DNA from: Intoshia linei
Lineage: Eukaryota; Animalia; Orthonectida
Length of the DNA stretch: 64,000 nt
NCBI GenBank assembly: GCA_001642005.1
Contig: LWCA01000052.1
Location: 2,506 to 66,505 of the forward strand
Reading direction: 5' to 3'
The notes under the pieces are model-generated. The model did not search any database. It was given only the letters and a program-made list of their open reading frames with translations, and was not told where the DNA came from. This document shows, piece by piece, positions 28,560 through 40,695 of this stretch. Position 1 is the stretch's first letter. Each line of letters begins with the position of its first letter. The position numbers and the translations under genes are program-made.

Positions 28560-29534
28560 ATGTCAAAACTAACAAAGACTGATTCAAATTCTTCAACTGT
28601 ATCACTCCCCACATCTAAAAAATACATGGAAAAGGGAATTTTACCATTCAAACCTTTTATGGAAGAACTCGACAATATAAAGAGTATGGCTCAATCCATG
28701 AACCAAATTATTAACGAAGAAGATGTTATCGTTGATTCTCTTAAAAACAAACGAGTCGACTTTTGTAAGTGGAAATCACTTGATAATATCAGAGGTAACA
28801 CATTCAATAACGTATTCAACTACAAACATATTTTTGATTCATGTTGTGAAGAACAATCAGATGTGGAGCAAGATTTTTTCAATGTAAAAATTTACCAAAA
28901 AAGTTTTTTAAAAGAATTTGCTAGTCAGAATGATATTACTTTCTCTGGTTATGAAGCGGATTGTAATTCCAGTATTTCAGAATCAATAATAAATGATATT
29001 GGTGATTTTGTCGATATTGATGAAATTGATGGTACTGATGACACTGACGAGTTTGTGTCGGAATCAGATTCTGGGTCTAGTTCTTGTAATTCTGATTTAG
29101 AATTTCGAGAACTTGAATCAGAATATGAATATGATTATGATGAATTGGAAAGCATTTCTGACATTTTTCAAGAATGTGATAATGTGAATTTTACGAGTGA
29201 TGGAGGGAGTGAATGTTATAATAAATATTGCAATTTTTATCAATTTGATTCAGATGATGTGTTTCTTGAATCTATGGTACCTGGGAATTTTTTTGATATT
29301 GGATTAAGTATTAGTTCCGATTCAAATAAATTTAATCAATCTGTTGACCTTTTTACAAAACAACTCAAAAATTTTACATTTAAAAACGAAAAAAATAAAT
29401 CACATGACGTTTATCCAGTACAAACTAATCCACTTGATTTGTCCATTAAAAAGATTGAAAGAAAAAGTCACAATTCTAAAATTCAACATTGTTTGCTTCA
29501 AGAAATTTCAGGTTTGCATTTTAGTTTATATTAG
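28560..29534 (+). CDS. Acidic, Ser-rich orphan ORF (324 aa); probable exon 1 of a longer gene
   Basis: Long ATG ORF in AT-rich DNA. D/E/S-rich, with motifs KRVDF, PLDLS and several [FY]xx[LIV]. Candidate splice donor CAG|GTTTGC at 29511/29512. Confidence 0.75.
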   Translation: MSKLTKTDSNSSTVSLPTSKKYMEKGILPFKPFMEELDNIKSMAQSMNQIINEEDVIVDSLKNKRVDFCKWKSLDNIRGNTFNNVFNYKHIFDSCCEEQSDVEQDFFNVKIYQKSFLKEFASQNDITFSGYEADCNSSISESIINDIGDFVDIDEIDGTDDTDEFVSESDSGSSSCNSDLEFRELESEYEYDYDELESISDIFQECDNVNFTSDGGSECYNKYCNFYQFDSDDVFLESMVPGNFFDIGLSISSDSNKFNQSVDLFTKQLKNFTFKNEKNKSHDVYPVQTNPLDLSIKKIERKSHNSKIQHCLLQEISGLHFSLY

Positions 29535-30393
29535 GGGTCGAAATCTGTTCTGTGTGGTCGGGTGAGATTTGTTTGTAAAGTTATTTGCAAGTTTTAGAAA
29601 GTTACAATTTTAGGGGTAGTTGTAGTACGGTTACGAAATTTTCTGAAAATACTCAAAAATTAAAAAAATAAAACTTTTAGAATAATTTTTAAATTTTTAG
29701 GAAAAATTTCTACAAAAACATTAAAGCAAAAAAATCAATGAATTTTAACAAAAATTCGAAAAAATAAATATTTTATAGTAATTTTAGCACTGTGATGAAA
29801 TTTTCTTAAAAAAATAAGTTAAATTAATGAATATTCACTATAATTTCAATAAATTGAACTTTGAGGGTAATTTTTTGATTTTTACCACAATTTCTTAAAA
29901 AACAAAAGAATCAATGAATTTTAACAATAATTTTAAATGAAATGATGATGAAAGAGATAAAATTTTCTTAAATAAAAAGATAAATCAATGAATATTCACC
30001 AAAATTATAAAAAATAAAACTTTAAGAGTAATTTTTTATTTTTACCAAAATTTTTTTAAAAAAATGAAGAATTTTAACCAAAAGTCAAAAAATTAAATAT
30101 TTTATTGTAATTTGAGCACCGTCTGATATTTTCAAAAAAGTATTTATATATTCAAATTAATACAACCAAGAATGCAAAAAAATAAAAGCTTTGGGTAATT
30201 TTTAAATTTTTACGAAAATTTCTATAAAAAAATCAGTGAATTTTAACTAAAATTACAAAAAATTAAACTATTAAGGTAATTCCAACATTTTCATAAAAAT
30301 ATTAATTGTTTTTGAAAAAAATGTAAATATCTGACAACCGTCATGCATCAATTATTTACCCGGACATTAATGGAACAAGGTTGCCGACCTCTC
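29532..30393. mobile_element. hAT-like MITE with an internal tandem array
   Basis: Ends TAGGGGTCGAAATCT and AGGTTGCCGACCTCT are imperfect inverted repeats. Interior repeats aatcaatgaattttaac...aaactt..gagtaatttttt. Confidence 0.55.
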
Positions 30394-33048
30394 ATGTTAA
30401 AATTACATAATATATCAATATATCGTATACATAAGTAAATAAACACAATACATAAATAAAGTAAGGATTATTTAATTACATCAAAATACGGTAAAACCCT
30501 TGATAGCAAACATATATATTATCATTCGATTTTAACTAAAGAATCTGTCAGTATCACTATTCTATATACAATTAGCTAGTTCTGTAATTCATCAATCCTA
30601 TCGATTCATATGCGTTTTTTGTATAATTATATTTTTTAACGGGGTATGAAAACCAATCACCAAGACTTACCACACCGATGACTTACCAAAACCAGAAAAT
30701 AAACGTATTGCTTTAAAAAAAATTTGCAGATATATTATACATAATGTAGGTAATTATATTTAAAAACCCATAGCCACCTCTAAACAACTTTCATATCGGA
30801 TTGTTTGATTTATTAAAAAAATTGTTATAAGCATGTTAAATTCCGACAAACAAAAAATTTAGAAAAATATTTTCCAAGATATACCATTTTCTGACTGAAG
30901 TTTAACATGAGCTATTTAGTATAAACCGCCGTAATTTTATGGGCCAATGTATAATTAAAATTCTTGTAATGAAAAATCAATTTTAATGATTGGTTGTAAT
31001 TTAAATGCCTTTATTATATGTATTGTAATATTGTATTTATTGTCCAACCCGATACAGATTATTTGCAAGAAAAATTCAAATTTTCAAAAAAATAATTTGT
31101 AGTCATTATTATGTTAATTAAAAAAAATGGAGATGATGATAATTTTCATTTTTAAATGTCACTACCGATCTCGACCTAACCTAATTTATTGTTTTCTAAT
31201 AAATTTAATTCTTTACTACCTTCTAATAATTATGAAAATTGATAAAATTAAGATGAAAAGATGAAAGAGTATCTGAAAAAAAATCAATTTTAACATCTGC
31301 TAGTTTGTAATCTAATATATAGCGTTTCACAATATTACCATTAATAACATTACATATTTAAAATTTAGATTTCATTAGCGATCACGATATTTTAATTTTG
31401 ATTTAAAAAATGAAAAATATTTCTGAACCTTTTGTTAGTTTTAACATTTTTATTATAATATCTTGAGAGGAAGCTTAATATCCATGATACAGCCTGGGAA
31501 GCAAAATTAAGACAACTGGATTTATTTGTATTATTTTATGTTTATGTCGTGCTTACTGAGTAATAAAAGTAGTAGTATTTTATTGAAACGTATTTCCAAT
31601 TTTATTATAATAAAATCTTTCAGATAATAGGGCATATGTTGGGTTGTCAATCGTACTTTAATTTTATAATACTCCTTTATTCTGAAAACTATGGCTGATT
31701 TAATTATAAGTATAGTCAGTTTAGAAATTTTATTTAACAATTAATTAAGCATCATTTACAATGGGTATTTTAATAGGTAAACTATTAAATATGGTAATTT
31801 TCAAAACGCAATGGTATTTATGTCGACATTGTAAATTTTGCCACATTTATTTAATGTGTAAATTTCAAATCAAGATATACATTTAACAATTTGTAAAACT
31901 AATTTACATTGACGTTATTATAATACAAATCTATTCATGTCCAATGGACATTGTCCATTTATATTCCCAGATGGATTTTAACCGTAGGGTGCAGATAGCA
32001 TCAAAAGACATTTAAACATTAATAAATTGAGATACTTAATATGTATTTAATGTTTTAAAGCATTATTGACGGCGAAATTAGTTTTTATAAACAGTAAAAC
32101 CAGAATCATGCGTTGATTTGTTTTACAGTAAAATACATATATAATATACATTGCATGTTTTAGGATGAATGATTTTGCACCTGTTAAATGTGATTTCCTT
32201 TTTATAGAAAATATAGACCAGTATCTGGCACAGTGAATACACTTAAACAAAAAATTTTCATGAATGAATATATTTATATTTTGACGTTAATTTGTTAAAA
32301 TTACTACTAAAATTGAATCCAAAAATTATAAATCTAAATTTAATAATTGTATTTGATAGGCAGTGATATATTTAACCATTTAGTCAAATTTAAAATATGA
32401 ACATTAACATTGAAAACACAAAAATGATAGTTTATTGGGTGTAATCTAAACCAATTAAATGTGAATATACGTAAACTATACGCCTGGGGGTTTATACATA
32501 CAATTGTTATTGTCTAGATTTTATTTTAAATAAGAGTAATTTAGTTAAATGGTCACATCAAATTTAACACGTGCAAAACTATTCAAGCTTAAGCATTTAT
32601 CATTATATAACAACTCAATTGAAGGTTTATATACAAAATTTCACTTTCAAATTCAAGGCACAAAAATGTACTTTTTTTTATTATAAACGCGAATATTGTT
32701 TACAAAATAGTTATTGGACAAATTTTACAAGTTGGTTTATATTTTAGTCAGATTGATGATTAGTGAATATCGGAAATAACATTAACATTATTATTTCATT
32801 AGTTTTTTCAATTTCGGTACTTGTTTCAAGTCTTAATTTTTTAAAATGTGTATATTTTAATGTCAGTGGGTGAAGATAATTAGCGCTCATCTTCAATGAT
32901 TACAGTTCATCGACTCGATCGACATATTGATAAATGTTATAAATTGTACAAACATTTATAAATAAACATCAAATGATTATAGTATAGTTGTAATTTTATT
33001 TTACAACTTGTAGTGTTTTTTCAATGTTTTAATGAGTTTCAAATTTAG

Positions 33049-33431
33049 AACCAATAATACAGGATACATATGAAAGAAAATTGAAAAATATAATGCCATT
33101 ATCTGTAAGCTCACCGAATTTGCCCAATATATATTATACAAAAACCAAAAGATCAAAATCATGCCCTTCGAGATGTATTGAAGAATATGTAGGGTCTGAA
33201 TTGAGAAAGTATGGTGATACGTTTCATGAAGAAATACAAGTAGTTTTTATAAATATTTTTTTTCATGTTCAATTTTAGTCATACGAAAAGATTTCCAAAA
33301 TTCAATTATTTCTTGTCACGATTACTGTTGTGTGCATGAACTGTTTCAATGTTTCATTTCAAGTTATTCAATTAATATTTAAAAATGTTGTATTAATTAT
33401 TTTATTATTTTTAAATTATTTTGATTTTTAA
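33049..33431 (+). CDS. Candidate BH3-motif exons with a C-terminal hydrophobic tail (33049-33239 and 33279-33431)
   Basis: Reads ...LSVSSPNLP...KRSKSCPSR..EEYVGSELRKYGDTFHEEIQ, then a 39-nt GT-AG intron, then SYEKISKIQLFLVTITVVCMNCF...*. LRKYGDTF fits the BH3 LxxxGDxF consensus. Confidence 0.6.
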
Positions 33432-33676
33432 TAAATATTTTTATATACAAATTCTCATTCGATAATACCAAAAAAAAAAAATAATAGATTTAATTTCCTA
33501 AAATGATTTTAATTTTTGAATATTAAAACGAAGTCAATAGAATATTTTTTTATTTTAAAATCAAATACAAGTACTAAAATTTTTTAATGCTTTCTAAGTG
33601 GGTGTTTTAGACTTAAAAATGATGAAACACTTAATCGAAACGAATATACATGAAACATTTAATGTAATTTACAAAT

Positions 33677-36600
33677 TTATGCAATATGGAATATTGTTCC
33701 AGTTCTAGTTATACCTATTGTTCATAATGTAAAAATTTAATGAAATTGAAAAATACCGTTGAATACGAAAAAATTGTGTATAACAGAATCACTTTTCGAA
33801 ATAAACTAAATTTTTGTATATAAATGTATAACGCAAACATTGTAATCGTATTACTTTAATCACATCTGCAGACAAAATTCCCCCAACTATTGAACAAATT
33901 GAAACCATAGTAATAATAAAATTTCTAAAAATATTGATAAGTCTAAAATAGTAATAAACACAATATTTCGGGTCATTCTTTTTATTCTGACCATTAATTT
34001 TAATTTATAATAGAAAAATAACGTGATCAACACTTTAAATTTTTTTATTTAGAAAAAATCCAAAATAATGAAATTCTTTACTTATTGGAAATTTAAGACT
34101 CATTATTTTAATTGACAACCCTGGATTATGAAACCACTTGTTAGAACATATTCTAAATATTACAGTGTTCCTCGAATACTAGAAAATTAATGAAATAATT
34201 AAAATGAATGGAAAATGTTTTTATTGCTTGTTCTGAAAAGTAGAAATTAGTATTTATGGTTAGTATTAAATTTTAAAAAGATGTTCTTTAGCTCAACCCA
34301 GTTCAGTAATTTTTAATGCACTACCCAGCATATATCAAATGTGGATCGATGGAACGAAAGCAGTCCTTATAGAAAATTTTATATAAAATAACTATCACTG
34401 ATACAAAAGATTTTGGAACGTCTGTAATATCCTAATCTTTACAAAATCACCGGTTTAATTCCTTTCAGATTAATACAGAAATAGGGAAGCATTTACTTTT
34501 CGAAGGCCGCATTAACGTCTCCAAAAAATTTAATAAGGCCACACATTTCTAAATAAAATTTAATCAAATAGAGCAGTGCTTCTCATGGGGTGACTGGTCA
34601 CCCAAAATTGTATTATTTTAATATAAGGTGAATACAAAAATTTTCGATAATTGGGGTGAATTATAATTTTTAAGCATATTTTATTCAATTTAGTAAAATT
34701 GTTTGAGAAAAAATCAAAATTTTACCAACCCTTCAGAAAAAAACCGCTTTTACTAATATTTTTCTGAAAAATATCCATTTTACCAAACTTTTAGATCAAT
34801 AACCCTCTATCTCAGGGTATCTTAACCGGGGTGCTAGAATTAATTTCAAAGGTGCTAGAAAAAATATTCTTATTATTTAAATTTTGAATAAAAATCTAAT
34901 TAAACGTATTTTCAAATTGAAATTTACTTTATCACTCAAATAAGTGTATATTGATCTATGCAAAAAATTCGCAAATAGAACAATGAATACGTAAAGTATG
35001 GATTTACTGGGCTTATAGAAATTGGTAAGAATGATAGAGCTCAATGCATGACTGTCATTTTATAATATGTTATTCCAATCTTAAACCTTGTCGTCTAAAC
35101 CTAAAACACCTAGAAAAACATTCAAACGATGAAAATACATCGATTGATAATTTTCTCATTAATAGAGCAAGATATGACCAAAAAGGGAAAATAGCTGTTG
35201 TAGAACAAAGTTAGACGTTATGATTTTATCTGAATTTTGGTGTTCACAAATTAATACACATCCTAAACTTTCTAAATTTGGATTGGAAAAAATTAGCCCT
35301 TTTCCAACAACATATCTCTGCGAGAAAGCATTTTCAAGTATAATTAGATCTTATGATAATTAATTTATAATATAGCTATGCTCCACATAAAATCGAAAAC
35401 TAAAAATAGATTGGGATAAGTTGTCACACGATATGAGAGTTGCCTTATCTCGAACAAAACCCAGATATGATAAACTTGTTTCCGATAAACAGTAACAAAA
35501 ATCTCACTAATTATATAATCAGTGATGATTCATCACAAATTTATAATGTAAATTAAAATATATTTTTGATTACATAGTTTTGTTGCTTTTATACACAAAT
35601 TATATTCTAGAAAAACATTGGTTTAATTGATACATAATTTAAATCTCATCAAATACAGCATTTATTGATTAGGTTCGATATGGTGATTTTTTAAAATCTC
35701 AATATAATACGATTTTTAAGTTGAATTTTAAGGTATCATTATATAATTTTTCAGGGATGCTAAGTTTAAAAAAAATTAAGAAACCCTGCTCTATTTGATC
35801 CCAAAAGAAAAAAATCTAATTTCATCAACCCTTAAGGAAAAAACCGCTTTTACCAATATTCTTCTAAAAAATCCCATTTAACCAAAAATTAATATTTTAA
35901 AAATAATATAATCAATAAAATAGTTTTAAATGAAAAATAATTCAAATTGTTCAGAAGGCCGCACCAAAACGTCAATAAGGCCGCACTTTCCCGACCTCTG
36001 GTTTAATATTACATTAAATAAACGTAAAAAATGCAAATTACTAGAAATAAACAAAATACCTTTGGAATAAATGTTCATTGAAGAAATCTTTATATTCGTT
36101 GTAATCTCGTAAAATTATAGTTTTTATCTTTTCTGTTAATTCAACATTGTTTAAATCGGAAATTTTTAATTCTTTGTTAATTTCTGATAAAACTAGACAT
36201 ACTTATTTATTAGTTAAAATATATACGACAAAATACCAAAATAAAAAAAATTAGATTATCCTAAATTATCCATATTTTACCTTAAACAGCCTGATATATG
36301 TTACTTATTGGGCAATAATCGCCACCAATTTTTTAATATAAAAAATTAATTAAATTTGTTATGAAATCAGTTGGTAATCATCGGTCATAGCTTTTTAAAA
36401 CAAAAATAACCTTTTTCAAGAATAAAAACAGCATTTTGAGTATATTGCCGTTTACTTTTATTTTTTTTAAGCCATTCTTCAATAGATATTTGGTCTCGTC
36501 TATTGTATTTAATAAGCTAAACATGTAAAAAAATTTAATATGAATTACTTTCAATATTTCTTCATCCTGATCATTAAGTCTAAACAGAAAAATTGTAAGT

Positions 36601-37760
36601 TATCAATAGAGTACCACTATAATAAACTATATTAATCTAAATTCAAAATCCTGTTACGGGTTCAAGATATTTTAAATAAAAAACAATTTTACTTAAAATT
36701 TTTTCTTATGGCCTGTTAAAATATAGATGAATTTAGGGTTCACGGGAAAAAGTTTAGATAAACTCAATTATATTATACGATAAAATTAAATACAAAAAAA
36801 TAAAATTACTTGATATAAGAGTAAATATCAAAATCTGTAAAGATTGTCCCATAATAATCAAAACAATTTGCAACATAAAAACCGACATGAAAAATTCTAC
36901 AGTATAAATTGAGTTGCTGTAAAGCGTGTTCTGTCATCATGTATAAACTAGATACGACAATGACTTCATATTTTCTTAAAATGTTTAAACAACTGTCCAC
37001 CTCATCTTCCGATTTGTGATTCAATAAACAAGTTTCTAAAACCATTTTAATCTGTTTTTCAGGTGTAACTTTGACATGAGGATTTAATTCTGATAATTTT
37101 GATGCAACTGATTCCATAAGCTGAAATAAAAAATGACATTAATGAAACAAATTAATTGACACATAAAATATAAAATTTACAGTTTTATCCTCGACTGTAT
37201 CAACCAAAAAATTAGTATTTACATCTGATTCTGTAACTACTTTATCGTCATATACATCAATTGTTTCTATTCCGGCTAAAACCAAATTTTTACAAATATC
37301 GGCACCAAGAGGGTTCAACCCAATTACAAGAATATTTGATGCTTTTAATCTAAACATTATATTATTAAGGTTACTATATTCTTTTGTCAGCAAAGAACCA
37401 AAAAAATATTTAGGAATATTAAGCTCAAATTTTTAATCCGATAAAAAAAGATTTAAATAGAATCATACCGTATCTACAAAATGTGCACATTCTATTATTA
37501 GATTTACATTGCACAATGCTCAAAACGATACAAATGGTAAAATCTAATCATTTCAAGTAATTCCGAAATTTTTACGTATTCCTGGTTATTACGAAAGTAA
37601 AAAACCTTTTTTGAAGTTGAATACCCCACAACCTAATTTGTCGGTCATATCGGTCCATTTCCTCTTTGTTTTCAGTTTTATTGACAGGTGGACAACCCTC
37701 ATACTCTTTATAATAATTTATATTATTTTTGAAAGAATTTATATTCACTTTATCACTCAT
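33677..37760 (-). CDS. SAE1: SUMO-activating enzyme subunit 1 (Aos1), multi-exon
   Basis: RYDRQIRLWG, LKASNILVIGLNPLGADICKNLVLAGI, LSELNPHVKV. Terminal exons MVSICSIVGGILSADVIK, FISKSDSVIHNFFVFNG and ITRTGTIFHIA*. Middle exons are uncertain. Confidence 0.85.
34476..36000. mobile_element. hAT MITE hosting nested insertions (SAE1 intron)
   Basis: Ends CAGAAATAGGGAAG and CTTTCCCGACCTCTG, aggccgca subterminal motifs, TSD gattaata/gtttaata. Confidence 0.65.
34813..35788 (+). mobile_element. Internally deleted hAT (Buster/Charlie-type) element
   Basis: TIRs CAGGGTATCTTAA / TTAAGAAACCCTG, TSD ctctatct/ctctattt. Remnants FPTTYLCEKAFS and KSKTKNRL...HDMRVALSRTKPRYDKLV match the hAT C-terminal dimerisation region. 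Confidence 0.82.
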
Positions 37761-37977
37761 GAATTTTTTGTTTCTATAGAGATATATAGTAAAATTTTGT
37801 ATGTAACAAAAAAGTTGCTTTAAATTATTAATTAGTTTTCAATTTAATACTGGCATTCTCGCACCTCAAACTGTTCGCACTTCTTCCCGAATTTATATTT
37901 AATTTTTAAGTTTTATAATTTAAAATTTTGATAAAATTGTGTATCTTTATTATCGTACAAAATAAAATTAAATTGAT

Positions 37978-39989
37978 ATGGTTTTGCTATCAAACGAAAC
38001 GGTTTAATTTTAAATTGAGACTATTCATTAATATTTAAAATACTAGTTTTTAAATGATTTAAACAATTTAATACAAAAAGCAAATGGATCCAAAAATGGC
38101 TCATTATACCTTACCACCAAAAAATGTTTTAATTTTAATTTTAAATACCAATTAAAATTAATTTTTTATTTAGATGATGGACGAACCTGTCCAAAACTCA
38201 AAGATAATTGTAAACCGACAAATAATTTGGTTTTAATTAGAGCCGTTTTCAATAAAATTAAAATTTCTACCGTGGTATGTATAAAAATATCCCTATAATA
38301 CATTTACTGGGTTCTATGTAAATCTTTTGGAATCAGATAGAGGAATTATTGATCTATGTTTGGTAAAATGTGATTTTTTAGAAAAATATTGGTAAAAGCT
38401 GTTTTTTTCCTTAAGGGTGGGTAAAATTAGGTTTTTTTTTGAATCGGATAGGAGCATTTTTGATTTAAAATTTTGGTAAAATAGGATTTTTCAAAACAAT
38501 ATTGTTAAAATGGGATTTTTCAAATAAATATTGTAAAAGGGGATTTGTTCCTTAAGCGCTGGTAAAATTTTGGTTTTTTCTTATAAGATTTTACTAAATT
38601 GGATGATTGAATGAAATAAGCTGAAAATTTTAGATTCGCCCACAATCATCTAAAATTTTTGTATTCACAGCCTGGAGTTACCAGTCACCAACATGAGAAG
38701 CACTGTCGTAGAACGACATAATCATAGATTTGGTTAATTAATCATATTGATTTTTTCACACAATTTATAAAGATTTTGAAGGTAATTTTGGGATCAAAAT
38801 TTGGTAAGGTTTTTAAGGGAAGTTTTAAATTCTCTATCTCACCAAATTTCCTATCTCGCCAACTTATAAATCTAAATCCCAAGAATGGCAAGTTATATGG
38901 AGAATACTGTATATCTACTCTTATTTGTAAAAACTAAATTTAATTAAATAATATATTATTATTATAGTAAATAGTATTGTAAGAAAATTATCTAACATAA
39001 AATTAAAATATGATATAAAAAATAAATAATTTTTTTAAAAAATTGTTAAATGATATGTAAAAACTAGCAACACAACATAAAATTTAAATGTTTTCTTTAT
39101 TTTATATTTTGTAATAATTTATTTTTAAAATTTCAAAATTTTTAGTAAATAAGTCGGAAGGGTTAATAAAGTATCATTTTCGTATTTAGTTTCTTACAAA
39201 TTTTTTTAGTGTGAAGTTAAAGATGTCAACAAATTTCAAATGGTAATTTTATTATGATATCAAATAAATCAGCTTCAGAGAGTCGGAGGAAATTTTTACA
39301 AATCATTAATTAATGTTAAGATACTTTTTTCTGTACAATGTACTTTTACAATAATATCGCCCTGCATTCTCTACGGGTAATTCAGTAAGCAGAATTTGGT
39401 TCTGCTTATTTATAATATAGTTTCATGTCCATTTTAAGTCCAATGGTCTCAAAATTCATAATAAAACAGGGCTGACTACATGGTCGCATAGTAAATATCA
39501 AATTAATTAAATTAAATCTTTTTTTTGTTAGATTATCACCAATGTTTCTCAGTGTACCCTTTGATTATTTTTGCATTTAGCTCTTTTCGGGTAGGTAATT
39601 GAGCATGTTTAAAATTTATATTGATTACTTTTATTTTTTCATATGATTCACAGCGTTCTAGATAATTCTGCAAATTCCCGTGTAAGAACCGATAACGTAA
39701 TGTATTATACGACCAATATTATTATGATTTAATGTATTTTATGGATCTCACTAAATAGTGAATCACAGTAAAAAATAGAAGAGAACTAAAATCTCTTTGG
39801 TCAACTGTGATTCACTATTTAGAAATTTTTTACTTTGATTCACTGTTTAGTGTGACCGGTATTTTGTCATTCTCTTATAATTTTGTTAAGACTATTTGAA
39901 AATTAATATTTTTAATTATTTAGGTTTATCTAAACAACTTGAAATGTATGTACAACACTAAAAAAACAATTTCCAATATGAAAGATTAA
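37978..39989 (+). CDS. SRP14: Signal recognition particle 14 kDa protein, 5 small exons
   Basis: MVLLSNET|FLNDLNNLIQKANGSKNGSLYLTTKK|YDGRTCPK...VLIRAVFNKIKISTV|...KDVNKFQM|VYLNNLK matches the SRP14 pattern (TLKKYDGRT, KISTVV, VNKFQM). Not in the ORF track. Confidence 0.88.
39742..39858. mobile_element. Small palindromic MITE in an SRP14 intron
   Basis: cactaaatagtgaatcacag occurs once forward and twice inverted. 8-bp TSD gtatttta/gtattttg. Confidence 0.65.
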
Positions 39990-40163
39990 AACTAGGAACC
40001 ATGTTATCTAATTAAATATAATCACATTCTTGTGTTATAAATTGCTACGAGTTTTGAGTAAATATTAATTTAATTGAATTTTTATGATTTATTTAATCTT
40101 TAATAATTATTTGCATATTTATCAATGCTATACTGAAGCACGTTTGATATTCAATATGTGAAT

Positions 40164-40670
40164 ATGGAATCAAATAAATTCAATATAGTGAAAGCAAAAA
40201 ACAATTTGCGTATAACTTTCAATAAAGGAAAAATGTATAATAGCAAACAATTTGAATTGTCTTCAAAGGGAGTTATTCCTATCAATACCAACCATTATCA
40301 AAAATCTGAATCATACGCTTGTTTGAATGAAGCTGCTCCCCGTAAAAAACGAAAAAGGAATTTTTCAAATGATTTTATTACACAATCTCGCGTCCGGCCC
40401 GTTTACGCTGTACCTGAAGTTATCACATCAACCAGACAACCTGGCAAGTCTTTTTTCAAAGATCCTCAACATCAACTTAAAAACCGAAAATTGAAAAAAC
40501 CAATGTTCAAATTATTTGCTGCCATTGGGTACATTGCACTAATTTTTGCCCCAGCTGTAATTCTCGCCATTTACTACATTTATAATTGGTACCCAAATAT
40601 CTTACTTTTGTACAGCAGTAATGTAATGAAAACTTACACATCCAATTTGTTCAATACAACAAAAGTATAA
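40164..40670 (+). CDS. Orphan basic protein with one C-terminal transmembrane helix
   Basis: 168-aa ATG ORF with NLS-like PRKKRKR and TM LFAAIGYIALIFAPAVILAIYYIY. Confidence 0.65.
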   Translation: MESNKFNIVKAKNNLRITFNKGKMYNSKQFELSSKGVIPINTNHYQKSESYACLNEAAPRKKRKRNFSNDFITQSRVRPVYAVPEVITSTRQPGKSFFKDPQHQLKNRKLKKPMFKLFAAIGYIALIFAPAVILAIYYIYNWYPNILLLYSSNVMKTYTSNLFNTTKV

Positions 40671-40695
40671 TTTTGTATATTTATTAAAAAATTTA

